Assembly: GCA_015485585.1 (NCBI GenBank) | Contig: WFTI01000005.1 | Coordinates: 1 to 51,898 of the forward strand | Length of the DNA: 51,898 bases | DNA from: Candidatus Dojkabacteria bacterium | GTDB taxonomy: Bacteria > Patescibacteriota > Dojkabacteria > GCA-002793355 | Direction: 5' to 3' | Part shown: positions 37,224-46,887 of the stretch, one piece after another | Position numbering within the stretch: the stretch's first letter is position 1 | Layout of the letters: each line of letters opens with the position of its first letter | Translations under genes and position numbers: made by a program | Notes under the pieces: model-generated | Seen by the model: only the letters and a program-made list of their open reading frames with translations | What the model was told of the DNA's origin: nothing | The model's database searches: none

Positions 37224-40200
37224 ATGGGCGAGGGAGGTTTCAAAACATTTTTATTAGGTTTTATTCGTCTTACCTTGGGATTTGTCGTACTGTTATCATT
37301 AACGGTCTCAGTTGTATACTATCTTTTCCGTTGTGAAGGAGTTTTAGGTAAATATATGGGCTACTGTTCATTCGGAGCCCAAGCTGATGTAGCTAACCTG
37401 GTCGCAAGTCGCGTAAAGGATCCTGAGAATAGTGAAGACTCTCAAGATCAGAAAAGTGGAGTAGGCGGTTTAATGTTATACGTAGTAGGAAATCTTAGCA
37501 AGAAGAGTCAAGATTGGTATAGGGAGCAATTTTACGAGGTAATAAGAGATGAGTGTGGAGCAAGTGGAGTAGTTAGGTATGATGGTGAGAGGTTGTATTG
37601 TGGTAGGGTGGAGGCTGAGTTTGATGAGGTGGAGGGGTTGTTGTATGTGGATGGTAGGGTGTTAGATTTGAGTGTTTTTTGGGATGATAGGGATTCACAG
37701 AGGTTGTATTTTGATAGGACTACGAAGGTATTGGTTATAGAGGGTGGAAACAGCGTAGATCTTTCAGCACTTGTTGATAGATATAAGGCAGGGACTGGTT
37801 TACTGCTTACTGACAACACTTTCTCTTTAGATGCCATTTTATCGGATCTTAAAGATGTGGATACCAAAGGAGCCTTCGCAGGAGATGTTTTAAAATTTGA
37901 TGGTTCTAAATGGATTCCTGCAAGTGATCAAGATACAACCTATACTGCTGGTGGTCAACTTTTATACCTTACTGGTACAACTTTCAAGATAAGAGAAGGA
38001 ACCCTAACAGACGGGAGACTATGTAGTTTTGATTCTACGTTTGGATTAGTTTGTAATACTGATTCAACAATCTTTTTGCAGACCTTAAATTTATCGGGAG
38101 ATGTATTAAGTATAAGTGATGGCAATAGTGTAACCTTTACAAACTGGGATACTGATGTGACTGATGATGTAAGAAATCTGTCAGATCTTTTAGATGTTAC
38201 CTTAAGTACGCCCTCTGCCTCTGATGTGTTAGTCTACAACGGCACTGAATGGGTTAATCAACCATTAACCTTTTTGGCTTTATCTGATACACCTTCGACC
38301 TACGGACCTGCTGGATATTTATTGCAAAGCACTGGTAGTGGCATAGCCTATGTAGATCCCTTAACGCTTGATGTAGGATATTGGAAGCGGGTAGGTACAA
38401 CTTTAAGCCCGCGTAATGCTGGAGACGATGTGGTACTTAACCCTGGTGAGACTCTTTCGATTCAAGATTTTAGTATCGGAGGTTTGATTTATGCCTCAAA
38501 CAACGGGTTACTTGTTCAAGACGCACAAAATCTGTACTGGGATGATACAAACAAACGGTTAGGTATCCGTACAAGCAATCCATTAGGAGCTTTGCATATT
38601 GCTGATAATAGTACTTATGTGGAGAAGGTTTCTGTAGCAAAAACAGTGACCTCTAACTATACCCCCTCTTTTGGGTCTGTAAAAAATATTGTTGATAGTA
38701 TATACGCCCCTGAAGGACATAGGTGGGATGATGCAAACTATGCCGTAAGGTTAGATGCTGCAAACACCTCTATACTTACAATTGATTTGGGTCAAGTCTA
38801 TGACATAGAGCGGGTAAAATTACAAGCTGATGGGAATGATGTGTATCGAGTTGAATACTCTGTAGATGGAACCACATGGAGTCTTTTATTCGAAGCAGGT
38901 ACATTAGGCGCAGGGTTACTAACACGTGATAGTGGTCCTTTAACTCCGGTAGCCGCAAGATATGTGCGAGTTTATGCAGTAGGAGGAGACGGTCTTTATT
39001 CTGTTTCTGAACTGGAGGTTCAGGCAACTGTAGCTAGATCTCAACTGTTTGTTGATAATTATAAGGTGGGTATCGGTACATTAACACCGGTGGGGAATTT
39101 ACATATAGCCGATAAAGTTTATGGTATTCATCAAAGCCTATTTTTAACTTCAAATGCTATCCGTTTCAGAAAAGACGGTATCTCTTTTTTCTCCATTGTG
39201 GGGCCTGATGATACACAGAATTACTTAACCCTTTCTTACTTCTCACGTCCTGATTACTCTGCAGATGCAAGAAGAAATATTTTGACACTTACCCCCACAG
39301 GTAATGTGGGTATAGGGACCACAACTCCTGCTAAAAAACTAGATGTTATAGGGGATGTGAAGATTACTCCTGATGGTACAGCAAGAAGTTTTTACTTCTA
39401 TAATGATGGTGGTTTTCCTGCAATTTCAGCTGATTTTGTGATACGAGTAAGACAGCGTATGGAGGTTTGGGGCAATTATGTAGATATCCGTTCAAGTGGC
39501 GGTACTCAGATGATCTATTTACCCCCAAGTGGAAACGCTTTCTTTATGCAGGGTAATGTGGGTATAGGTGTTACAAATCCTTCAGCCAAGTTACATGTTT
39601 ACGGAGGACAACCTACCTATTTGAAATTAGAGAGCAATGCTAGTGGAGGAGAAGCGTCGTTTATCTGGAAGAATTTAACTGGTGAGTCATATTTTGGACT
39701 TGCTGGAGCTACAGATCAACTATTAATCGGAGGATTAGTTAGTGCAGGAGACCTTGTTTTAAGTCACAGAACAGGGGGAAAGATAATCTTTAGTGCTGAC
39801 AGCGCTTATTCAGAAGCACATTTAACTATTAGTGAGACTGGTAATGTGGGGGTGGGGACTAGTACCCCTAATGATAAGCTTGACATAAAGGGTGGTAATT
39901 TAAGATTAACATTTACAGGGGCAGGGGACGCAAGGAAGTTGTTGTTTGTACCGACGGGGCAACACACATCCTCTAATGTTGCGGTAGGAATCATAGGGAT
40001 GAGAGCTGCAGGGGATATATTTGATCGAGCAAAGATAGAGTTTGCGCAGGTTTGGGACGGTACTTATACAGATTATGAAATAAGGTTTTTTGTTACTGAT
40101 GGGGGAGTTGCTACTAGGCGAGCAATGACAATAAATAAAGATGGTAATATTGGTATAGGTACGACTTCACCTTTTGGTATTTTAGACATTCTAAAAGATG

Positions 40201-41273
40201 GTGGTCAGATATATTTTCAGCCTTCAGATATTACAGCTGATAATCAGCTTAAGGATTCGCCTGAACTGGTTTTTAGAGGAAAATATGATTCAGATGCTAC
40301 TACTGGTTTTGCGACGGGTACGTATGATTTTAAGGTTAAGAACATAATAGAATCAACGACACCTACAGCAAGGTTATCGATACAGAACAATGCAGGTACG
40401 GAGCTAGTTGTGATAGATGAAAGTGGTAATGTGGGGGTGGGGACGACGAGTCCTACTTATAAACTCCAAGTGGGTACAGCGGGTGATGGTACGTCAGCTA
40501 TTGCAAATGCATGGAATACTTTCTCAGATATCCGTTGGAAAGAGAATATAGAAGAGATTGATTCTCAGGAGGCTTTAGAAACGGTTCTTAATTTGAGAGG
40601 AGTTAAGTTTGAGTGGAAAGAGAGCGGTAAACCTTCGATAGGGTTTATAGCGCAAGAGGTTAAAGATGTGATCCCTGAGATTGTGTCACAAGATAAGCAG
40701 GGGTACTATTCATTAGATTACACGAAGCTTATCCCATACCTTGTTGAAGCCATTAAAGAGCTTGCTAAACAGGTCGGTAGTACGGAAGGTTCTTCTGGCT
40801 TTTCTTACTGGCTCCTTCAAGATAATGTGCTTACTACTAACTATAGTCTTTATCTTCCATCACTTACGGTAGGTTCGTTTAGTGCCACAGAAATTAATGT
40901 TTCAATAGCCAATGTCACAAATTTGACTGTTGGTAATAACGCCTTTTCTGTAGATTCATCAGGAAACCTTATTGTAGCAGGTGATGCCCTAATAAATGGT
41001 ACTCTAGAGGTTCGAACTATAATCTCTGACACCATAGAAACAAATACTATCAAAATAAAAGGAGACATGGCTTCAAAGGTTACTATACCTGCAGGTGAAA
41101 CACAGGTTGAGGTAGTTGTAGAAGATCTTACCCCTGATGATGTGGTTGTCGTATCACCAGTAGGTGCTTTTGTTTCATATAGGTTAATCGTTAATAATGG
41201 AAGCTTTGTTATCGAGTTGAGTAATGCTTTTCAAGAAGATGTAACATTTAACTACATTATTCTTAAGAAGTAA
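37224..41273 (+). CDS. Giant membrane-anchored tail-fibre-like surface protein with a discoidin (F5/8 type C)-like domain and a peptidase S74 chaperone domain
   Basis: N-terminal TM helix; repeated GNVGIGTT.P; IDLGQVYDI..YRVEYSVDG..W..ARYVRV..SELEV; SDIRWKENI and GFIAQEV. Confidence 0.85.
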   Translation: MGEGGFKTFLLGFIRLTLGFVVLLSLTVSVVYYLFRCEGVLGKYMGYCSFGAQADVANLVASRVKDPENSEDSQDQKSGVGGLMLYVVGNLSKKSQDWYREQFYEVIRDECGASGVVRYDGERLYCGRVEAEFDEVEGLLYVDGRVLDLSVFWDDRDSQRLYFDRTTKVLVIEGGNSVDLSALVDRYKAGTGLLLTDNTFSLDAILSDLKDVDTKGAFAGDVLKFDGSKWIPASDQDTTYTAGGQLLYLTGTTFKIREGTLTDGRLCSFDSTFGLVCNTDSTIFLQTLNLSGDVLSISDGNSVTFTNWDTDVTDDVRNLSDLLDVTLSTPSASDVLVYNGTEWVNQPLTFLALSDTPSTYGPAGYLLQSTGSGIAYVDPLTLDVGYWKRVGTTLSPRNAGDDVVLNPGETLSIQDFSIGGLIYASNNGLLVQDAQNLYWDDTNKRLGIRTSNPLGALHIADNSTYVEKVSVAKTVTSNYTPSFGSVKNIVDSIYAPEGHRWDDANYAVRLDAANTSILTIDLGQVYDIERVKLQADGNDVYRVEYSVDGTTWSLLFEAGTLGAGLLTRDSGPLTPVAARYVRVYAVGGDGLYSVSELEVQATVARSQLFVDNYKVGIGTLTPVGNLHIADKVYGIHQSLFLTSNAIRFRKDGISFFSIVGPDDTQNYLTLSYFSRPDYSADARRNILTLTPTGNVGIGTTTPAKKLDVIGDVKITPDGTARSFYFYNDGGFPAISADFVIRVRQRMEVWGNYVDIRSSGGTQMIYLPPSGNAFFMQGNVGIGVTNPSAKLHVYGGQPTYLKLESNASGGEASFIWKNLTGESYFGLAGATDQLLIGGLVSAGDLVLSHRTGGKIIFSADSAYSEAHLTISETGNVGVGTSTPNDKLDIKGGNLRLTFTGAGDARKLLFVPTGQHTSSNVAVGIIGMRAAGDIFDRAKIEFAQVWDGTYTDYEIRFFVTDGGVATRRAMTINKDGNIGIGTTSPFGILDILKDGGQIYFQPSDITADNQLKDSPELVFRGKYDSDATTGFATGTYDFKVKNIIESTTPTARLSIQNNAGTELVVIDESGNVGVGTTSPTYKLQVGTAGDGTSAIANAWNTFSDIRWKENIEEIDSQEALETVLNLRGVKFEWKESGKPSIGFIAQEVKDVIPEIVSQDKQGYYSLDYTKLIPYLVEAIKELAKQVGSTEGSSGFSYWLLQDNVLTTNYSLYLPSLTVGSFSATEINVSIANVTNLTVGNNAFSVDSSGNLIVAGDALINGTLEVRTIISDTIETNTIKIKGDMASKVTIPAGETQVEVVVEDLTPDDVVVVSPVGAFVSYRLIVNNGSFVIELSNAFQEDVTFNYIILKK

Positions 41274-41305
41274 TAAGATTTTCCTTCATCTGGTTATAAT
41301 CACTT

Positions 41306-42556
41306 ATGCGTGATAAATACACAAAAACAAGGGTTCCTATCTATTTTTGGTTGCCTATACGTGAGGTAGAAGAGAATGCTTTTAAACAAGCAGTAAATCT
41401 AGCTAACTTACCCTTTGCTTTTCATCATGTAGCGATAATGCCTGATACCCATAGTGGGTTTGGTATGCCTATAGGGGGGATTTTAGCCACTGATGGGGTA
41501 GTGATCCCTAATGCCGTAGGGGTTGACATAGGGTGTGGTATGCGCGCCTTCCGTACAACCATTACCAAACAAGAGATTATTCCTTATCTTGATCGGATAT
41601 TAAAAGATATCTTACGTGAGATTCCTACCGGTTTTGATTGGTATAAAGAGGAACAGAAACACCCTATCTTTGATTATGCCCCTGACCTTTATATAGTACA
41701 GAGGCACCTAAAAAGGGCAAAGCAACAGCTAGGTACCCTAGGAGGAGGAAACCACTTTATTGAGATTCAGTATGAGGTGCCCATCGATAATAGGAGTAGC
41801 CATAAGTCTGACAAACCGGGTGAAACGAAGGGTTCTTCCGATAAAACAGCCAATTCTTTAATATGGGTAATGCTACATAGTGGATCACGTAACTTAGGTC
41901 GTCAGATAGCAGACTACTATTATCGTATAGCTCGTTCATTATTAGCTAAAAGAAGTAGTAAGTTTCTTTCTAAGTATCCTACCCCTGAGCTTGCGTTTCT
42001 TGAATTAGGTACCCGTTGGGGGGATGAGTATTGGAAAGCCATGCAGTTTGCTCAAGAATATGCCCGTGCTAATCGGGAGCGTATGGCAGAGAAGATTAAA
42101 CAGATTCTTAAAAGATATTTTCCGCGCATGAAAGTACTAGAGGAGTACGATATCCATCACAATTATGCTGAGATAGAGAACCATTTCGGAGTTGATGTGG
42201 TAGTACACCGTAAGGGTGCTACAAAGGCTGAAGCTGGTCTTATCGGAATAATCCCAGGAAGCATGGCTAGTCCCTCATATATTGTAGAAGGATTTGGAAA
42301 CGAGCATAGTTTTAGAAGCTGCTCTCACGGAGCAGGAAGAGTCATGGGAAGAAAAGAAGCCCTCCGCAGATTTACTGTTGATCAGGTTTTAAAAGATATG
42401 CAGGCTCATAAGGTAAAGATAGCAAAGAAAAATCTGCGTGATATCGCTGAAGAGAGCCGATTTGTGTATAAAGACATAGACAAAGTGATGGAATATCAGC
42501 ACGATCTTGTGTTTGTAAGGTATAAGCTTTTGCCGCTTGGAGTTGTGAAAGGGTGA
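41306..42556 (+). CDS. rtcB: RNA ligase RtcB
   Basis: MPDTHSG, VGVDIGCGM, GTLGGGNHFIE, HSGSR, HHNYA, HRKGAT, PGSM, SHGAGR, YKDI. Confidence 0.96.
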   Translation: MRDKYTKTRVPIYFWLPIREVEENAFKQAVNLANLPFAFHHVAIMPDTHSGFGMPIGGILATDGVVIPNAVGVDIGCGMRAFRTTITKQEIIPYLDRILKDILREIPTGFDWYKEEQKHPIFDYAPDLYIVQRHLKRAKQQLGTLGGGNHFIEIQYEVPIDNRSSHKSDKPGETKGSSDKTANSLIWVMLHSGSRNLGRQIADYYYRIARSLLAKRSSKFLSKYPTPELAFLELGTRWGDEYWKAMQFAQEYARANRERMAEKIKQILKRYFPRMKVLEEYDIHHNYAEIENHFGVDVVVHRKGATKAEAGLIGIIPGSMASPSYIVEGFGNEHSFRSCSHGAGRVMGRKEALRRFTVDQVLKDMQAHKVKIAKKNLRDIAEESRFVYKDIDKVMEYQHDLVFVRYKLLPLGVVKG

Positions 42557-42577
42557 TAAGCTAAATAAAATTAAAGT

Positions 42578-43252
42578 ATGATCAAAGAATATTTTTGCAA
42601 AGTTGTGAAAAAAGTAAAGATTCGAAACAAAATTTTACTTTATTTAGAACGTCCTATGGGTTTTGATTTTAGTCCAGGGCAGTTTGTGCTTTTTGTGGCC
42701 GAAACCAAAATAGGAACAATCTCACGCGCTTATTCGATCGCTAGCACTCCTGATGAGAACCATTTGATTTTTTATATTAGCCTTCTATCAAAAGGAGCCA
42801 TGTCAACAGTATTAAAAGATATACGGGCAGACGATGAGCTAAAAATACGAGGACCATTTGGCGAAGTAACTCCTGAAAAAATCGGTCAAGACCTTGACAA
42901 AATAATCCTTGTTGGCGCAGGAAGCGGCATAGCTCCAATAAGACCGCTTGCATGGTGGTATAAAAAACACACAGATGTTAACGTTACGGTGTATCATCAG
43001 GCACGTTACGAAGATGAACTTGTTTTTATGGAGGATTTCTTAAGATGGAAGATAGATTTTAGAGGGTTTGTTTCGCGTCAACCTCCTAAAAATGAAACAC
43101 TAAAATACGGTTATATAACAGATGATATTTCAAAAATCATCAAGCCTTACCAAAATAAAAAGATAAAAGTTGTAGCATTTGGACCTCGCGGATTTGTAGA
43201 AAAAATTAAGACGGTTGTAGATGAAACCATTTTGATTACCGAGGGGTGGTAG
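42578..43252 (+). CDS. Ferredoxin-NADP reductase-like FAD-binding oxidoreductase
   Basis: PGQFV, RAYSIAS, GAMS, GPFG, GAGSGIAP. Confidence 0.9.
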   Translation: MIKEYFCKVVKKVKIRNKILLYLERPMGFDFSPGQFVLFVAETKIGTISRAYSIASTPDENHLIFYISLLSKGAMSTVLKDIRADDELKIRGPFGEVTPEKIGQDLDKIILVGAGSGIAPIRPLAWWYKKHTDVNVTVYHQARYEDELVFMEDFLRWKIDFRGFVSRQPPKNETLKYGYITDDISKIIKPYQNKKIKVVAFGPRGFVEKIKTVVDETILITEGW

Positions 43253-43306
43253 GTTTAGCAGGATAATCTCTTGACATCAATTTATACAAAGTGTACACTT
43301 AACGTG

Positions 43307-46300
43307 ATGAAGGAGGTGTCGCGGTTTGGTTTTTTAAAAAATACTGTTGTGCTGTTCATTCTCTCGTTTTTTTGGGTTGTTTTCTTAGTTTGGTTGTTGC
43401 AAGACTGTAACTCACCTTTGGGGAAATACCGAAGTTTATGTCAGAAAACTGAGTCACGTGTCACAAATGTAGCAGTAGGTACCGAAAAGAAAGAAGAAAA
43501 AAAGGAGAATTCAGATAGATTTCTATTTTTCGTGAAAGAGAGCATAGACAAGAAAGGTAAAAGCTGGTTGGCTGGTTTGTTATCAGATTTTTTACACGAA
43601 CAGTGTAAAGAGGGTGGTGTGTTGGTTTTTGGACCTGAAGGGTTGTTTTGCCGTTTCGAGGGTATTGGCTCAATAACGGTAGAATACGATGAAGAAAATC
43701 ATATCCTCACGATAGGCTCAACTACTATAGATCTTTCTAAAGCATTTCAAGAATTATTGTGGGATCCCATTGCCGGTACCCTTGAGATAACAGACGGAAA
43801 TTCAGTTGATCTCTCTTCGCTGCGTCAATATCTTACATTAGACGGCAATCAGCTACGGTTAAGTTCAGCAAATAGTGTGATCTTTGACGGTTGGGATACA
43901 GATGAATCAGATGACGTAAAAAAGTTTGTTGATTTAGAAGATACACCTTCTGACTATGGGACGGCAGGATACCTCCTTATGACAGATGGTCTTGGGCAGA
44001 TTACATATTTAGATCCTCAGAAACTAGGATATTGGGACCAAAAAGGAGACAATATTATCTTACGTTATTCTTCGAAAAATGTTTACCTTCGAAGCGGAGA
44101 ATATCTAGGGGTAGGGTATGACCCAACAACATTTGGTATGGGAACCGTGGCTGCGTTTAACGGCGCAGTAGGTATAGGAACTACGAATCCAGTAGCAAGT
44201 TTACAGATCGAAGGGGTGGGTGGGAACCCATCATTACAGTTAGGAGACCATTATCTTAACCAAAGCACTATTCGCTTATTCAGTGATACGGTTTTTAATA
44301 TAGCCTATTTACAGGTAGGAGGAATCTACTCCCATCAGAAAGGACGTTTAGTGGTGAGTAAGTTAGGAAGCAGCACAGATACCTTGGAGTGGTTAAAAAT
44401 ATACTCCGATCTTACAAGCTTTTCAGGACAGGTTGGAATAGGTACCGAAACTCCATCAACCTCGCTTGATGTTTTAGATAGTACCCGCATCTTTAGTCTG
44501 AGCGGTGAAGAGCTTGTCATATCAGCTACTTCTCTTGTGGCTAATGATAGCCTTAATCTTACCTCTTCTTTAGGAACTTCATTTAATGTAGGAGGGCAAG
44601 ACATAGTTACTATCACCCCCTCAGGGAACGTAGGTATAGGCACTACGAACCCTTTAGCAAGGCTTCATGTTGATAATAATGATACAAACGGGATTGTTGT
44701 GTTTAGTGGGGATATCGGCACAAACGACTTAACCCCGATCTACCCTGATAGTAATTCATCGGATGATGTTTTCTTTATCTGGAATCCTAAAACAGCTTCG
44801 ATTTTTGTAGGTAGACCTCCCGCATCCACGTGGTGGGATACAGAGGGATTAAATTTTTCTTATATTTTAGGGGGAGAAGAAAATACATTCTATGATGCTT
44901 TGCCCTGGTTCAACCATTATGCAAGTACTATTCTTAATGGTTTTCGTAATAAGATTAGGGGAAAACATAATTTTGTTGCGACCGGAGAAGTTAACACGAT
45001 AAATTCAAGTTACAGTGTGATTTTGAACGGAACAAACAATGGGGTTTATGGACAAAACGGGACGATATTAAACGGTAATTATAATTACATTTATGGTTCC
45101 TATGGAGCAATCTTGGGGGGTGGCCAAAACCGAATATATTCTTATGAGAGTACTGTTTTGGGAGGGATAGGTAATTATATAGGGGAATACGGCGCGATAA
45201 ATGCCGAGTCTTATAGTGTTGTGCTGGGAGGCACCTATAACACCGTTAAAAGTTCTTACTCTGTGGTGTTTGGTAACAGGATGGCTCTTTCACGAGATGC
45301 TGATAATGTCTTCGTTTTTGGCTTTTCGACGACTACTCCACCTTCCAACGAATATATCAACACTCCCAATAGTTTTCTTATAGGTCCTTATGGAACTCCT
45401 ATTAAAGTAGGTATAGGTACAAAAGCCCCAAATGAGATGTTGACATTGGCTCCCTTTTCTAATATAGCAGTAGAGCTTGAGGCTCCTACTAATTTAACAG
45501 CTACAGCTACTACAGGCGGCACCTTACCTGCAGCTACATATAAGTTTAAAGTTGTTGCTACTGATGGGGTAGGATACAGCAGGATATCAAGTGAGATTAC
45601 ATGTACAGTTGATGGTACCACTACAAATGCGTGTTCGCTTACGTGGGATCCGGTCCCGGGAGCGACAGGGTATAGGGTATATATGACAACGCCTACAAAT
45701 TACACATTTTCTCGGTATGCGGATATTACCACAAATTCTTTTACTCTTACAAGTGATCCTACTAATGCTTATCCAACAGGAAGTCCACCCACGATAATAA
45801 ACGCCTATAAAGTCAAAATCTCATCTTCTGGTGACTCGTGGTTCTTAGGAGGAAACATCGGCATCGGTACAACGACACCTGGACAGCTTCTTCAAGTAGG
45901 TGAGGCAGGAGATGGAAGTGCAGCGATCGCCAATTCGTGGTTGACGTTCTCAGACATTCGGTTTAAAGAAGATATAGAACCTATAGATGATCCTGTGTTA
46001 ATCGTAAAACAGCTACGTGGTGTTCGTTTTGTCTGGAAAGAAAGTCAAAAATCCGACATTGGATTTATAGCGCAAGAGGTCAAAGAGGTTCTACCTGAGG
46101 TGGTACGTGAAGATTCCCGTGGTTATCTCTCGGTTGACTATAGCAGATTAATACCTCTGTTGGTAGAGGCTATTAAACAGATATCAGTCTTACTAGAAGA
46201 TGAAGGAGTCTTAACAGGTTCTACTACTAAATGGAATTTCATAGATGATGACGTGCTTACAACGGATTATTCTGTTTATATAAATGAATTGAGAGTTGGG

Positions 46301-46699
46301 TCTTTAAATAGTACTTTGGTATCTTCATCGTTACTTAAGGCAATAAACTTAGAAGTAGCAGGCGGTAAATTCGCTGTTGACAGCGAAGGCCAGCTTGTTT
46401 TACAAGGAGATGCAAATATATTTGGAGACCTGGTCGTAGAAGGGGTATTGAACGCAAAAGAGATAAGAACCGACAAATTGGTACTTCAACAGAATAGAGG
46501 AGTTGTTGTGATCCCTGCTGGTTCTAAGTCTATAAGGATTCAGGTTAATGATATGACACCAGATACCTTAGTTTTTGTTAATCAATACAGTGGTACCCCT
46601 GTTTTATATACAGTCAGAAGAGATACGGGTTATTTTGAGATCAACCTTGCTGAGCCTGCTTCTGCAGATATAGAGTTTGGCTGGTTTATAATATACTAA
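43307..46699 (+). CDS. Second giant S74-domain surface protein (beta-helix-like repeats and an FnIII-like domain)
   Basis: TM helix, GNVGIGT repeats, N/G/S-rich repeats (STILNG..N.I), APTNLTAT..YKFKVVA, SDIRFKEDI, GFIAQEV. TTGACA-17-TACACT at 43271-43299 places the start at 43304 or 43307. Confidence 0.85.
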   Translation: MKEVSRFGFLKNTVVLFILSFFWVVFLVWLLQDCNSPLGKYRSLCQKTESRVTNVAVGTEKKEEKKENSDRFLFFVKESIDKKGKSWLAGLLSDFLHEQCKEGGVLVFGPEGLFCRFEGIGSITVEYDEENHILTIGSTTIDLSKAFQELLWDPIAGTLEITDGNSVDLSSLRQYLTLDGNQLRLSSANSVIFDGWDTDESDDVKKFVDLEDTPSDYGTAGYLLMTDGLGQITYLDPQKLGYWDQKGDNIILRYSSKNVYLRSGEYLGVGYDPTTFGMGTVAAFNGAVGIGTTNPVASLQIEGVGGNPSLQLGDHYLNQSTIRLFSDTVFNIAYLQVGGIYSHQKGRLVVSKLGSSTDTLEWLKIYSDLTSFSGQVGIGTETPSTSLDVLDSTRIFSLSGEELVISATSLVANDSLNLTSSLGTSFNVGGQDIVTITPSGNVGIGTTNPLARLHVDNNDTNGIVVFSGDIGTNDLTPIYPDSNSSDDVFFIWNPKTASIFVGRPPASTWWDTEGLNFSYILGGEENTFYDALPWFNHYASTILNGFRNKIRGKHNFVATGEVNTINSSYSVILNGTNNGVYGQNGTILNGNYNYIYGSYGAILGGGQNRIYSYESTVLGGIGNYIGEYGAINAESYSVVLGGTYNTVKSSYSVVFGNRMALSRDADNVFVFGFSTTTPPSNEYINTPNSFLIGPYGTPIKVGIGTKAPNEMLTLAPFSNIAVELEAPTNLTATATTGGTLPAATYKFKVVATDGVGYSRISSEITCTVDGTTTNACSLTWDPVPGATGYRVYMTTPTNYTFSRYADITTNSFTLTSDPTNAYPTGSPPTIINAYKVKISSSGDSWFLGGNIGIGTTTPGQLLQVGEAGDGSAAIANSWLTFSDIRFKEDIEPIDDPVLIVKQLRGVRFVWKESQKSDIGFIAQEVKEVLPEVVREDSRGYLSVDYSRLIPLLVEAIKQISVLLEDEGVLTGSTTKWNFIDDDVLTTDYSVYINELRVGSLNSTLVSSSLLKAINLEVAGGKFAVDSEGQLVLQGDANIFGDLVVEGVLNAKEIRTDKLVLQQNRGVVVIPAGSKSIRIQVNDMTPDTLVFVNQYSGTPVLYTVRRDTGYFEINLAEPASADIEFGWFIIY

Positions 46700-46726
46700 C
46701 CAACAAACCTATGCTATAATACTTAC

Positions 46727-46835
46727 GCGCCAGAGACAGCTGGGGGCCTCATGAAAATGGGGTCTTAAAGATCCAGCCGAGGCAAGAAGAAACAAAGTTT
46801 CTTTCTCGGTAGCTCTCCCAGCTGTTTCATGGTGC
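46727..46835 (+). promoter_or_regulatory. Ribosomal protein L10 leader (autoregulatory RNA)
   Basis: CCAGAGACAGCTGG...CTTAA..CCAGCCGAGG matches the L10-leader pattern. It follows TGcTATAAT (46712-46720) and precedes rplJ. Confidence 0.8.
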
Positions 46836-46887
46836 AAAGAGGCATTAAAATTATAAGAAAACGATAAGATAGTGAAAAGTTTTTAAA

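Noticed and set aside
41306..42556. RtcB as the ligase for the rRNA introns, or an intein in RtcB
   Set aside because: Both introns have group I self-splicing cores rather than bulge-helix-bulge ends. The RtcB insertion is too short and lacks intein terminal residues.
37224..46699. Prophage tail module or diversity-generating retroelement target
   Set aside because: No capsid, terminase, integrase or reverse transcriptase is present, and I saw no template/variable repeat pair differing at adenines. Both proteins have N-terminal membrane anchors.
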